Positions 42,482-50,766 of a DNA stretch of 57,875 nucleotides are shown here, in pieces. Both the position numbers and the translations under genes were made by a program. The notes under the pieces were generated by a model, which saw only the letters and a program-made list of their open reading frames with translations, did not search any database and was not told the DNA's origin. The stretch is taken from the NCBI GenBank assembly GCA_024274695.1, contig JAJSAI010000014.1:1-57875 (forward strand), read 5' to 3'. Within the stretch, counting starts at the first letter, position 1; each line of letters starts with the position of its first letter. The DNA comes from an archaeon. GTDB lineage: Archaea; B1Sed10-29; JAJSAI01.

Positions 42482-42490
42482 CTTTTATAC
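42482..42490 (+). promoter_or_regulatory. TATA box CTTTTATAC about 26 nt upstream of pilin ATG 42512 (leaderless)
   Basis: The spacing is the same as at other leaderless genes in this window. Confidence 0.4.
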
Positions 42491-42511
42491 TCTCCCGGCT
42501 TTTTTCTTAGC

Positions 42512-43126
42512 ATGAGCAGGAAGGGCCAGGAGGCCGCGCCAATAGAACTCATGATAGGCGTTACCGTGCTCGCGTTCGTGCTCGTGATCGCGTACTACGT
42601 TTACTCTAACGCCGCGGCCTCTCAGTGCGTGGAAAAAATAAGGGCAAGCTCTGCCCAGCTCGCGAGAACAATAGAGGAGGTGGCCCAACAGGGCCCGGGG
42701 ACAACCAGGTACGTTACAGTCGGGTTCTCGTGCCAGAGTCAGAACGTTAAGGTTTCATACATAACGATAGCGGAAGGGCCTGACCAGACGTGCCAGAGAA
42801 TGGCCGGCGCGAGCAGGTGCTACATGCTCTACGTTATAGGAGACGAGTCAGGCCAGCTTACCGTCATACACTCGGAGCTGTTGAGGAACGTTGGAGAAAG
42901 CGTGGGGATAAAGTACAAGGTAGGGGGCGAGGAGACAAAAATGAAGTGCGATTACAACAGCTTGGTCGCCTACCTGAAGGACGGTAGCGGGTGCGACGCC
43001 GGCGCCTTCATCAAGGCAGGAGAGTACTCGTTCAGGATAACCAAACAAAAGGGAGGACCGGGGGACGAGAAAGAATACTACGTGGTCATAGAAAACCTTC
43101 TCGCTCCTGAGGAGGGAACCTCATGA
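42512..43126 (+). CDS. Pilin-like protein (class III signal, Gln at +1), 204 aa
   Basis: MSRKG|QEAAPIELMIGVTVLAFVLVIAYYVY, with a Cys-containing globular domain. Confidence 0.75.
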   Translation: MSRKGQEAAPIELMIGVTVLAFVLVIAYYVYSNAAASQCVEKIRASSAQLARTIEEVAQQGPGTTRYVTVGFSCQSQNVKVSYITIAEGPDQTCQRMAGASRCYMLYVIGDESGQLTVIHSELLRNVGESVGIKYKVGGEETKMKCDYNSLVAYLKDGSGCDAGAFIKAGEYSFRITKQKGGPGDEKEYYVVIENLLAPEEGTS

Positions 43127-43662
43127 GCCGCGGGCTGGCAATGTGGACCATGTCAAAAATAGTCATGCTGATATTCCTGTTCACGGTCATGGGGTCAATG
43201 CTGTACTACCAGGAGTGGATGAGGCAGACGAGCAGGATAAACCAGGCGCAGTCCGTGGCCATGGAAATAAGAGAAGGGTTCAACAGGATACTGCTCCCGG
43301 AGTCACTGGAATCCAGGGCAGCGGTTCCCATACCGTACAGGATAGCGGGACAAGAGTACTACTTTATGATAAGCACGGCTACCACGAGCTCGGGCCAGAA
43401 GATATTGTATATTGTCCTGGCCTACGGGTCTCATGATAATGGTTTCTTCGGCCCCTGGGATGCTGCGGCATCGCTCATAGTATCCCCTGAGACAGAATTC
43501 TCTAACGGCGAGACAGGAAAGTCCTTGGAAGACTCTCCTGTGCAGGGCAGTTCTTTAACCTACAGGTTCATAATGATTGACAAGGTAATAGACCCTGCTG
43601 GGCACGCTGCTGTCACGGTGCAAGCGTGCGAGAGACTGGACGTTAACGGTGAATGCGCTTGA
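43123..43662 (+). CDS. Pilus-associated N-terminally anchored protein (atypical class III-like signal)
   Basis: MSRG|LAMWTMSKIVMLIFLFTVMGSMLYY. ATGA overlap with the preceding pilin gene. Confidence 0.6.
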   Translation: MSRGLAMWTMSKIVMLIFLFTVMGSMLYYQEWMRQTSRINQAQSVAMEIREGFNRILLPESLESRAAVPIPYRIAGQEYYFMISTATTSSGQKILYIVLAYGSHDNGFFGPWDAAASLIVSPETEFSNGETGKSLEDSPVQGSSLTYRFIMIDKVIDPAGHAAVTVQACERLDVNGECA

Positions 43663-44081
43663 TCGGGAAGGGGTTCATCGGTCCGGTGGGAGACGACATC
43701 CCAACGATCTTGATTATTGTAATGGCTATCACTCTTTTCTTCGCGGGATTTGGCTACGCTCTTCAACTGTACTCTGAAAAGAACGAGAGGCTCATGATGC
43801 TCAAGGCCTCGCTTGACATAAGCAGGGCTCTCCTGAGGTCTACGGTACTGCCAGAGAACCCCATGGATCCCAAGTACTCCGGGCACAAGCAGGCGAGCCT
43901 GCTGGCGCAGTCGTACGGGGTGAAGTTCAGCGCGGTTTACAAGGAGGAAAACTTTGACCCTGCTGCCGACTGCCACGTCCCGCCAGGCCGGGACGTGACC
44001 GTGATGTCCTTCCTGACCGCCAGGAAGGATGCTGACGGGAACATAGTACTGGACACTCTCAGGGTGTGCGTGTGGAAGTGA
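43653..44081 (+). CDS. Pilus-associated N-terminally anchored protein
   Basis: MRLIGKG|FIGPVGDDIPTILIIVMAITLFFAGFGYAL. 10-nt overlap with the upstream gene. Confidence 0.6.
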   Translation: MRLIGKGFIGPVGDDIPTILIIVMAITLFFAGFGYALQLYSEKNERLMMLKASLDISRALLRSTVLPENPMDPKYSGHKQASLLAQSYGVKFSAVYKEENFDPAADCHVPPGRDVTVMSFLTARKDADGNIVLDTLRVCVWK

Positions 44082-44088
44082 TCACAGG

Positions 44089-44598
44089 ATGAGGAAGGGC
44101 CAGTCCGGAGTGATGGACGCCATGATGTTCATGATAATCACTTCAGGAGCGGTCGGCATGCTCCTGTTCGTTTCAGGACTGTACGCTGAGAGCACTAACC
44201 AGCAGGTCCTCTCCTCGTACTCCTACGAGTACGCTGGCAATGCGCTCGTGGCCCTGCACTACGCGCGGGATGATAAGGGAGACTGGTTCTGGAGAAAGCT
44301 TGCGGAGAAATACGACTCAGAGCATCCTGACGAGCTTGAAGAGTATCTTGAGGGAGACGCTGGGAATGTTGTGGAAAAAGTCAGGCTGTCTTCCCCTTCT
44401 CCGCAGACGTACCTGTGCGTGCTTGACAGTTCTGTCAATCCCCTGAAGGCAATGTGCTACAGCATGACCCCTGATGATGTCGGAGTGCTTCAGACAGACT
44501 ACGATAACCCTAACCCCTGCGGTCCCGGCATGCAGTCCTATTCTTACGCTGTTCCCCTGGACGGGGTCAAGTCAGTCTCAGTAATACTATGCTACTAG
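44089..44598 (+). CDS. Pilin-like protein (class III signal, Gln at +1), 169 aa
   Basis: MRKG|QSGVMDAMMFMIITSGAVGMLLFVSGLY. Last gene of the plus-strand operon. Its 3' end overlaps the convergent giant gene by 4 nt. Confidence 0.75.
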   Translation: MRKGQSGVMDAMMFMIITSGAVGMLLFVSGLYAESTNQQVLSSYSYEYAGNALVALHYARDDKGDWFWRKLAEKYDSEHPDELEEYLEGDAGNVVEKVRLSSPSPQTYLCVLDSSVNPLKAMCYSMTPDDVGVLQTDYDNPNPCGPGMQSYSYAVPLDGVKSVSVILCY

Positions 44599-47500
44599 TC
44601 CTCTCTTCTTCTCGCGTACTCCCTGGCCATGGCAAGAGAGACTACTATCAGTGCCACGAACACGAGTCCAGCCGTTCCAGGCGGGATGCTCGGCAGGGCT
44701 AGGAACGGCTGCTCTTGCCTGGTCCCCCTCTTCTCAGGAGGCTTGGCGCTTGGCGCTCCCCACGGCGGCTTGCCCGGCTTCATGAACGCGGCCCCGTTGG
44801 CTCCCTGGCTCACGAACTGCGGGTTGAGCGGGAAGTAAAAGTCGTTCGTCAGACTCACTTTCCCGTCCTGGAAAGAGTAGCCTCCGTTAGGCCCGTTCAA
44901 GAGCATGAGCGGCAGCTTGTTTATTGGGTTGCCGTTAGCGTCGGTGATCACCAGCTGCGGGTTGCCCTGCGGGTCAGTGGTCATGACCGCATAGCCCTGG
45001 TTCCCGTTAGGCAGGACTATCTGGTATCCTGGCATGTCATTGTACGGGGTCTGGTTAACCCATCCCTGGACAGGATACTGGTCCGTGACAAGGTTCCCCT
45101 GGTCATCGTAGTACGAGTACGTGATGTTGGACTGTCCAGTATTAGGATCTGTCACGATCCCGAACATGTTGTTGTCGTCCCCGATGCCGTCCGTGATGCA
45201 CATCGTCTCGGCCTTGTCTTTCCACTGCCGTGCTTCTGGACTGTCCGGGCTCTTGAACTCCCACACGAACTTGAACCCTGGAGTGCCGTCAGGGAGCGTG
45301 CAGTTCTCTATCCTGGGAGCTCCTGCGAACGGCCCGTATTCACTGTCAAGACTGTGCTGCATTCCAGCCAGGTATCCTGTCAGGAACATGTGGTAGACTC
45401 CCGTGAAGTCGTATGCCTCGTCTCCCATTTCCTGTTTTACTCCCGGTCTTATGAATCCTCTGGTGTACACTATCGCTCCGTCGGATCCTAAGGCGAACCT
45501 GCAGAACTCGTCGCCCTTGCTGTCCTTTAGTATTATCGTTCCCTGCTTGTCGTTCTTGAACTCCAGGACGCCGTCCGGAACCGTTGCCACTCCTAAGAAC
45601 CTTGCCTTGCACTCTTTCGGAGGAGCTCCCTTGATGAACCTGAACTTGATCTCGTTCTCGGCAGTGGGCCAGATTATCGCGCGCTCGGTCTGCACGTAGT
45701 CCATGGCCCCCATGGCGTCCCGCAGTTGTTCCTTTACATAACCGTCGTCCTTCACGTTCTTGAGGGCGAGCATGTCGTCAGACATGAGCTTTTCTTTCAG
45801 GCAGTTCCCGTCCGGCGTGTCAGTCGTCTCTATTCCGTCAGGATACAGTTTGAGGATGGTGTCCGCCTGGTCCGCCTTCTTTATTTCTATTACTTTTGAG
45901 GCCATGTAAGCGTACCCGTTGTCCATGTCTATACCAAGGGACAGGAACAGCGGGTTCGGCTCTTCTAGTATTGGGTTGCCTTTCTCGTCAAGCAGGAAGT
46001 AGCCTCCTGCCATCATGCACTTGTACGCTCCGGTCCGCGGGTCCTGGTGGCAGAAGGATATCGGGCAGTCTGGGTCTAAAAGCCACCTGACGTTGGCCCT
46101 CTGGAAGTACGCGTCGTACACCCTGTCCGCGATCAGGTGCATTTCTCCTGGCGCTGTCACCACGTAATCGTGGAGCACCTGGGTCTGGACCTGGTTCGGG
46201 TCGGCCCAGCTCCTGATAATCTGGCCTGCTTCAGGGGACACTCCCTCCAGCCAGTTCACTACCGTGGAAATGGTCTGGCCCGCTTCTTTGGGCAGGTCCT
46301 TGAAGTCCTCTGCTATATCCTCTCCTTCCAGGACCCGCGCCAGGCTCGCTATCTCCACGTCTGTTTCCAGGCAGGTGCTCATGTCCTTTAACGCCTTCTC
46401 CTGGGCTTCTATGGCCTTCATTTCAATGTACGCGTTGGTAAGGTCCGCGACGAGGTCTATCCCCACTCCTACAGCAAAGCCAGCTGGTCCTGCCGCCGCG
46501 AACAGTTCTGGGAGGATGTTGGTGAACGTGGCAACACCCAAGGAGGCTGCCGCCGCCCACTTCCAGTACGTGATGTCCCCTTTCCTGTCGCCGAGCACCT
46601 TGGAGCACATCTGGTTCTCGTGCGAGAACGCGTACTTGACGTTCACCAGCGTTCCCTGCCTCATGTCCTGGCCTGTGAGCGTGGCGACCTGCATGAGCCT
46701 TCTTGCGGTGAAAGAGTATACTAACAGTTTTATGAAAAGCTCTCTCTGCGTGAAGCTGGGCACAGGGATGATGGCCGCGGGTATTGCCGCGTAGAATCCT
46801 CCTTCCAGCACCGCTTTTGAGAAAAGGTAAGTTGTTCCCGCGAAGGTCCCGAACGCGCTTTGGACCAGGTCAGGGGCTAAGGGCTTGTCCACCGCGCTCG
46901 CTATGTCCGCGTTCTTGGTGTACCAGTATATTCCCGTGTACATCCCGTCTTTCAGGTTGGTCCAGCCTGCCGGGTCCTCGTATATCGTGTAACCTGTCAC
47001 GTCATTATAGTCTGAGAAGAAGTAGAACTTTCCTGCCAGGGAAAGGATCATGTTCTTGTTGTTCACTTCAAGCTTCTGGTGGGGGTTGACCTGGTCAACT
47101 ATGTAAACGTGCTTCCCAAGACTCTTTCCCTTGGCAAGGGCCTGTGACGGGAAGTTAGGAGCGTCCGGAGTGTACTTCGTGCTCAGCATTCCCACAAGGC
47201 CTCCGACCAAGGAGAACCCTGCTTGTCTTGCCACGTTCTGGTTGATCCAGGTGGTGTGTATCTCTGTTTCCGCGTATACTGGAGCGCTGATGTTCTCCCT
47301 CAACTCCCTGCTCAGACTGATCTTTGTCACCTGTGATGGGAAGTACGGCTGTTGGAAGTACTCGTTGTACCTGCTCACGGCAATGTAAGAGAGGGTCATC
47401 CCAACATGGCTTAATCTTGTGAAAACTGTGAGGAATGAGATCACGCGCCCCCCGACCGCTGCGAAGATTACTTTTGCGGCGTCCCATTTCGGAACTCCCT

Positions 47501-49400
47501 TCAGGCTCCTGTACACGAGAAGGGGTCCTGCGGTCCCCGCAAGGTATCCTTCTGCGTTCTCAAGTCTTCTCATCTCGTCTTTGGCGTCCTGCAGGTTCTC
47601 TAGTTTTGACCCGTACTTGGCGTTGAAGGATTCCAGAGCGCTCTTGAATCCCTTTTTGGCCTTGCTGAGCTCGTTCATGTTCTCAGAATACGTTTTCAGC
47701 AGGGCCCTAACATCGCTCGGAGCATCTATCTCGTCCAGGTTCTTGACTATGACGTCCACTCCTGTGATTTTTCCTGAATCGTCCGTTATTATCCTGATAA
47801 TCTTTCTGTTCTCTAGTTCTTTAAGTTCGTCCAGGTGGCCTTCCAGGCTTTCCAGAGTCTTCTTAACGGCTCCTTCTTTTTTGGTAACCTCCTTTCCCGC
47901 GTCAAGCACTTTCTCCAGGGCCTCTTTTTTCTTTGAAACGTATCCTCCGATGGGGAAGGACCCTCTTCTGATCCCTCCGAGCACTGCTGATGTTATCCTG
48001 TCCCTGAGCGTGAGCGTGCCTAGATCATCTATGTTTATTGCTATCTTCTGCCCTTCAACTTCTTTTACTATCTGAAGCACACCGTTGTCTCCCTGGAGTA
48101 TCTTGTACCCGTCCCCGAGGTCAGTGTCCGCGGCGGCCTCAAACACTTTCCCTGTGCCCCTGTCGAGCACGTACGTTTTTCCCCCCTTGCTTACGCGCAC
48201 GAACCTTTCTTCAGCAGGCAGTCTCCGCGCGCCTTCCTGGAGGCTGTCCGCGATGTCTATCTGTGCCTCCAGCACTGCCTTGATGTTCTTGTTCCTGCCT
48301 GAAACCTCCCGGTACCAGTCTTTAAGATCATACCACCATCCGAGGGCCTTGCCTTTTATTCCCTTGCGCGCGGTTTTTTCACTGAGTTCTAGAGCCTCCT
48401 CGGCAGCATCGTCTCCTATTCCGGACGAGGGGTTGGCGAGCATTTCTGTTACCGCCGCAATAGAGTACACGGTGTCAAACTCGTTCCAGGCTGTGGCAAG
48501 CCAGCCTATGAACTGCATCAGGTGAACCGGCACGAGTATGTCCAGCTTGTCAGGCCCGAGAAGGTTTATTTCAATGTTGTTGCTCCTGATCCTGTTCGGG
48601 GGCTTGGACGCGTCCTCAAGGTCCCTTCCAACTACAGATGACACCTTGTTGGTCAGTTCCCTCACCACGAGCCTTTTCTCGTCCTCGCTTAGCACGGTCA
48701 CGTCCTTTTCCACATCATCAAGATCATACTCTTTTGAGACCTTGAGTATTGCGGACCTGACCCATGACCTCACCTTCTCGTCAGAATTGACAGCATCCCG
48801 GAACGCTTGCGTGTTATTGTTGTAAAGCGCGTTAACAAGGGACGTTATGATCGGCGCTCTCTCGGCAGTGTCAATAGTCCCGCTGAAGTCAATCCCTTTC
48901 CCGCAGTCCTCGTCCACGGTACAGTATATTGTTTCGTCTGTCCTGAGCGCGTACGAGACAAGCCCGTCAACTATAACGTTCTTCAGCTGGCACGCTTCCG
49001 CAGGGCTTTCCACCTGTTTTTTCTGCACGTTGTACAGCAGGAGCTTGCCTCTCTCGGTCATGATGAACTTGTCCTTCACTCTCTCTGCCCCGGGAACGTC
49101 AGAGAGGCCCTGTTCCTCCATTCTCTCCTGCTGCATTCCCAGGACAGGGTTCCCGAAAGCGTCCAGTTGGGGGAAGCTCGTGCGTATCTTTGTTTTCAGC
49201 CGCTGGTACTCTGAATAGTTTAGCTTGTCAATCCATACGTTTTCGCAGCCTCCCAGCCGGGCTCCTTCCTTAACGTCATTGTTCCTCCAGTCCCACACGG
49301 TGGCCATTTCAGAATCCTGGCAGCACTGGGTCAGAGGATAGAACGAGGGCATTATGAGCGTTACCGCGAGTAAAAACGTCAGGAGACCGCGTTTGTTCAT
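44595..49400 (-). CDS. Giant (1601 aa) secreted protein with an N-terminal signal peptide and a sortase-type C-terminal tripartite signal
   Basis: N-terminus MNKRGLLTFLLAVTLIMPSF. C-terminus ...LPSIPPGTAGLVFVALIVVSLAMAREYARRRED (motif, TM helix, Arg-rich tail). It has a central coiled coil, Gly/Ala-rich hydrophobic segments, and an N/G/Q/P-rich region before the tail. Confidence 0.85.
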   Translation of the reverse strand: MNKRGLLTFLLAVTLIMPSFYPLTQCCQDSEMATVWDWRNNDVKEGARLGGCENVWIDKLNYSEYQRLKTKIRTSFPQLDAFGNPVLGMQQERMEEQGLSDVPGAERVKDKFIMTERGKLLLYNVQKKQVESPAEACQLKNVIVDGLVSYALRTDETIYCTVDEDCGKGIDFSGTIDTAERAPIITSLVNALYNNNTQAFRDAVNSDEKVRSWVRSAILKVSKEYDLDDVEKDVTVLSEDEKRLVVRELTNKVSSVVGRDLEDASKPPNRIRSNNIEINLLGPDKLDILVPVHLMQFIGWLATAWNEFDTVYSIAAVTEMLANPSSGIGDDAAEEALELSEKTARKGIKGKALGWWYDLKDWYREVSGRNKNIKAVLEAQIDIADSLQEGARRLPAEERFVRVSKGGKTYVLDRGTGKVFEAAADTDLGDGYKILQGDNGVLQIVKEVEGQKIAINIDDLGTLTLRDRITSAVLGGIRRGSFPIGGYVSKKKEALEKVLDAGKEVTKKEGAVKKTLESLEGHLDELKELENRKIIRIITDDSGKITGVDVIVKNLDEIDAPSDVRALLKTYSENMNELSKAKKGFKSALESFNAKYGSKLENLQDAKDEMRRLENAEGYLAGTAGPLLVYRSLKGVPKWDAAKVIFAAVGGRVISFLTVFTRLSHVGMTLSYIAVSRYNEYFQQPYFPSQVTKISLSRELRENISAPVYAETEIHTTWINQNVARQAGFSLVGGLVGMLSTKYTPDAPNFPSQALAKGKSLGKHVYIVDQVNPHQKLEVNNKNMILSLAGKFYFFSDYNDVTGYTIYEDPAGWTNLKDGMYTGIYWYTKNADIASAVDKPLAPDLVQSAFGTFAGTTYLFSKAVLEGGFYAAIPAAIIPVPSFTQRELFIKLLVYSFTARRLMQVATLTGQDMRQGTLVNVKYAFSHENQMCSKVLGDRKGDITYWKWAAAASLGVATFTNILPELFAAAGPAGFAVGVGIDLVADLTNAYIEMKAIEAQEKALKDMSTCLETDVEIASLARVLEGEDIAEDFKDLPKEAGQTISTVVNWLEGVSPEAGQIIRSWADPNQVQTQVLHDYVVTAPGEMHLIADRVYDAYFQRANVRWLLDPDCPISFCHQDPRTGAYKCMMAGGYFLLDEKGNPILEEPNPLFLSLGIDMDNGYAYMASKVIEIKKADQADTILKLYPDGIETTDTPDGNCLKEKLMSDDMLALKNVKDDGYVKEQLRDAMGAMDYVQTERAIIWPTAENEIKFRFIKGAPPKECKARFLGVATVPDGVLEFKNDKQGTIILKDSKGDEFCRFALGSDGAIVYTRGFIRPGVKQEMGDEAYDFTGVYHMFLTGYLAGMQHSLDSEYGPFAGAPRIENCTLPDGTPGFKFVWEFKSPDSPEARQWKDKAETMCITDGIGDDNNMFGIVTDPNTGQSNITYSYYDDQGNLVTDQYPVQGWVNQTPYNDMPGYQIVLPNGNQGYAVMTTDPQGNPQLVITDANGNPINKLPLMLLNGPNGGYSFQDGKVSLTNDFYFPLNPQFVSQGANGAAFMKPGKPPWGAPSAKPPEKRGTRQEQPFLALPSIPPGTAGLVFVALIVVSLAMAREYARRRED

Positions 49401-50230
49401 TTTCTCCTCCTCCTTGATCTTGCTACAGCAAGGCCTATTATCACGGCCGCCGCGATTCCCACCACCACCGCGGCGGTGGTCTCAGGGTTTTCTGCCACGG
49501 CCGTTTCTACGGGGCCCTTCTCCTCTTTTTCCAGTTTGTAGAAGGACGCTGCTATCGCGAGCCCCTTCTTGTCCATTTCTCCGTCAAAGTAAATCTTCTC
49601 GCCTATTAGATCGTAGTAAACCGCGTACCCTTCTTCAGGACTGCCTTCAACCTGGAACCCTGAAAAATTGCCGAACTCTTTCGGGTCTATGAGAAGGAAT
49701 ACTGGGGTGCCCTTCTTTAGGGTGACGGGGACCTTTTCCAGGCTAACGTTCTTAGGATAGGCTACCACGAACCTTCTCACGCTGATGTTCGTGTCCTCGT
49801 CAAGGACTCCTGTGGCCATGCACACGTCAACAGCGTCCCCGCACGCCGTGCACTCCGCCTCGCACTTGGACAGCTTCTCGTAGTCGTCAAGGTAGTCCAG
49901 GCACCGGTAGACTGTTCTCGCGCACCCCGGGTCGCAGGTCGTGTTGGAGTAGCACACGATCCCGTTCGTTATGACCACTGGAACTTCTGTTACAGTGGCC
50001 GAGAGCCAGCAGACCTTCCTCCCGAGCTCGTCGGTGTCACAGTCCTTCGTGGCCTCCTCGAAGGCCGCGGGGTTGGTCCACCTCCCGTACTGGTCCACGG
50101 TCCAGTTTTCTCCTATCATAGACTCGGGAATACAGATCTTGCCGGCACTGCTTTCCCTGCACACCTGTGAGAGACCCTGTGCTAGCAGGATCAGGACAAG
50201 CACCAGCCAAAGCTTCCTTGACATTCTCAT
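49397..50230 (-). CDS. Cys-rich secreted protein (277 aa) with a sortase-type C-terminal signal
   Basis: Start at MRMSRKLWLVLVLILLAQG (ATGA overlap with the upstream stop). 16 Cys in the mature part. C-terminus ...ENPETTAAVVVGIAAAVIIGLAVARSRRRRK. ATGA overlap with the 1601-aa gene. Confidence 0.75.
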   Translation of the reverse strand: MRMSRKLWLVLVLILLAQGLSQVCRESSAGKICIPESMIGENWTVDQYGRWTNPAAFEEATKDCDTDELGRKVCWLSATVTEVPVVITNGIVCYSNTTCDPGCARTVYRCLDYLDDYEKLSKCEAECTACGDAVDVCMATGVLDEDTNISVRRFVVAYPKNVSLEKVPVTLKKGTPVFLLIDPKEFGNFSGFQVEGSPEEGYAVYYDLIGEKIYFDGEMDKKGLAIAASFYKLEKEEKGPVETAVAENPETTAAVVVGIAAAVIIGLAVARSRRRRK

Positions 50231-50718
50231 ACCCCCAGGTGCACTGCCAGCCAGAGCGCGCATGCTCCTGCCAGTAGTACTATAGTGTTGAACGTGATTA
50301 ATATTACGAACAGTTCCAGTTCCTCGGGCACTTTCATTATTCTCCGCATCCTCTCTCTAAAACTTTCAGCAGGCTTTTTCAGCACGAGCCCCAGCAGGAA
50401 TCCTGCGAGGACCGTCTGCCCAAGCTTGTCCGCGGCAACCCATCCTCCCTGGGCCGCTGGCACGAGGGCCAGGAATCCTGCGATCATAGCGCACGCTATG
50501 CCCAGGCTAGCAATGTAAGCAGACAGGCCCTCAGAGTTTTTCAGAAGGCTCCTCCTCGCTCTTACTGCCACGACAGAGAATGGCCATGCGACCAGCGTGA
50601 TGATCAGTGAGAGCAGCAGCAGGTCCAGAACATCCCATGCGAAGAAGGCGTTGAGGAGAGCGTAGGAGATCGCGAAAAAAGGGTTCACAGTGAACGTCTG
50701 CCAGAAGAAACTGTCCAT
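50227..50718 (-). CDS. Polytopic membrane protein (about 5 TM), first gene of the convergent operon
   Basis: 163 aa, hydrophobic throughout. No family recognised. Confidence 0.6.
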   Translation of the reverse strand: MDSFFWQTFTVNPFFAISYALLNAFFAWDVLDLLLLSLIITLVAWPFSVVAVRARRSLLKNSEGLSAYIASLGIACAMIAGFLALVPAAQGGWVAADKLGQTVLAGFLLGLVLKKPAESFRERMRRIMKVPEELELFVILITFNTIVLLAGACALWLAVHLGV

Positions 50719-50766
50719 ACGAGAACCAAAAGGTTTTTAGTGTTTAAAAAAGTATCGTGTTACCGG

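Noticed and set aside
50227-50718. 163-aa membrane protein as a second sortase-like enzyme (it has a Cys, Arg cluster and C-terminal His)
   Set aside because: The residues are not in exosortase-type motif contexts (no C-[SA]-G or N-x-x-R-I), and the spacing does not match. It is left as hypothetical.
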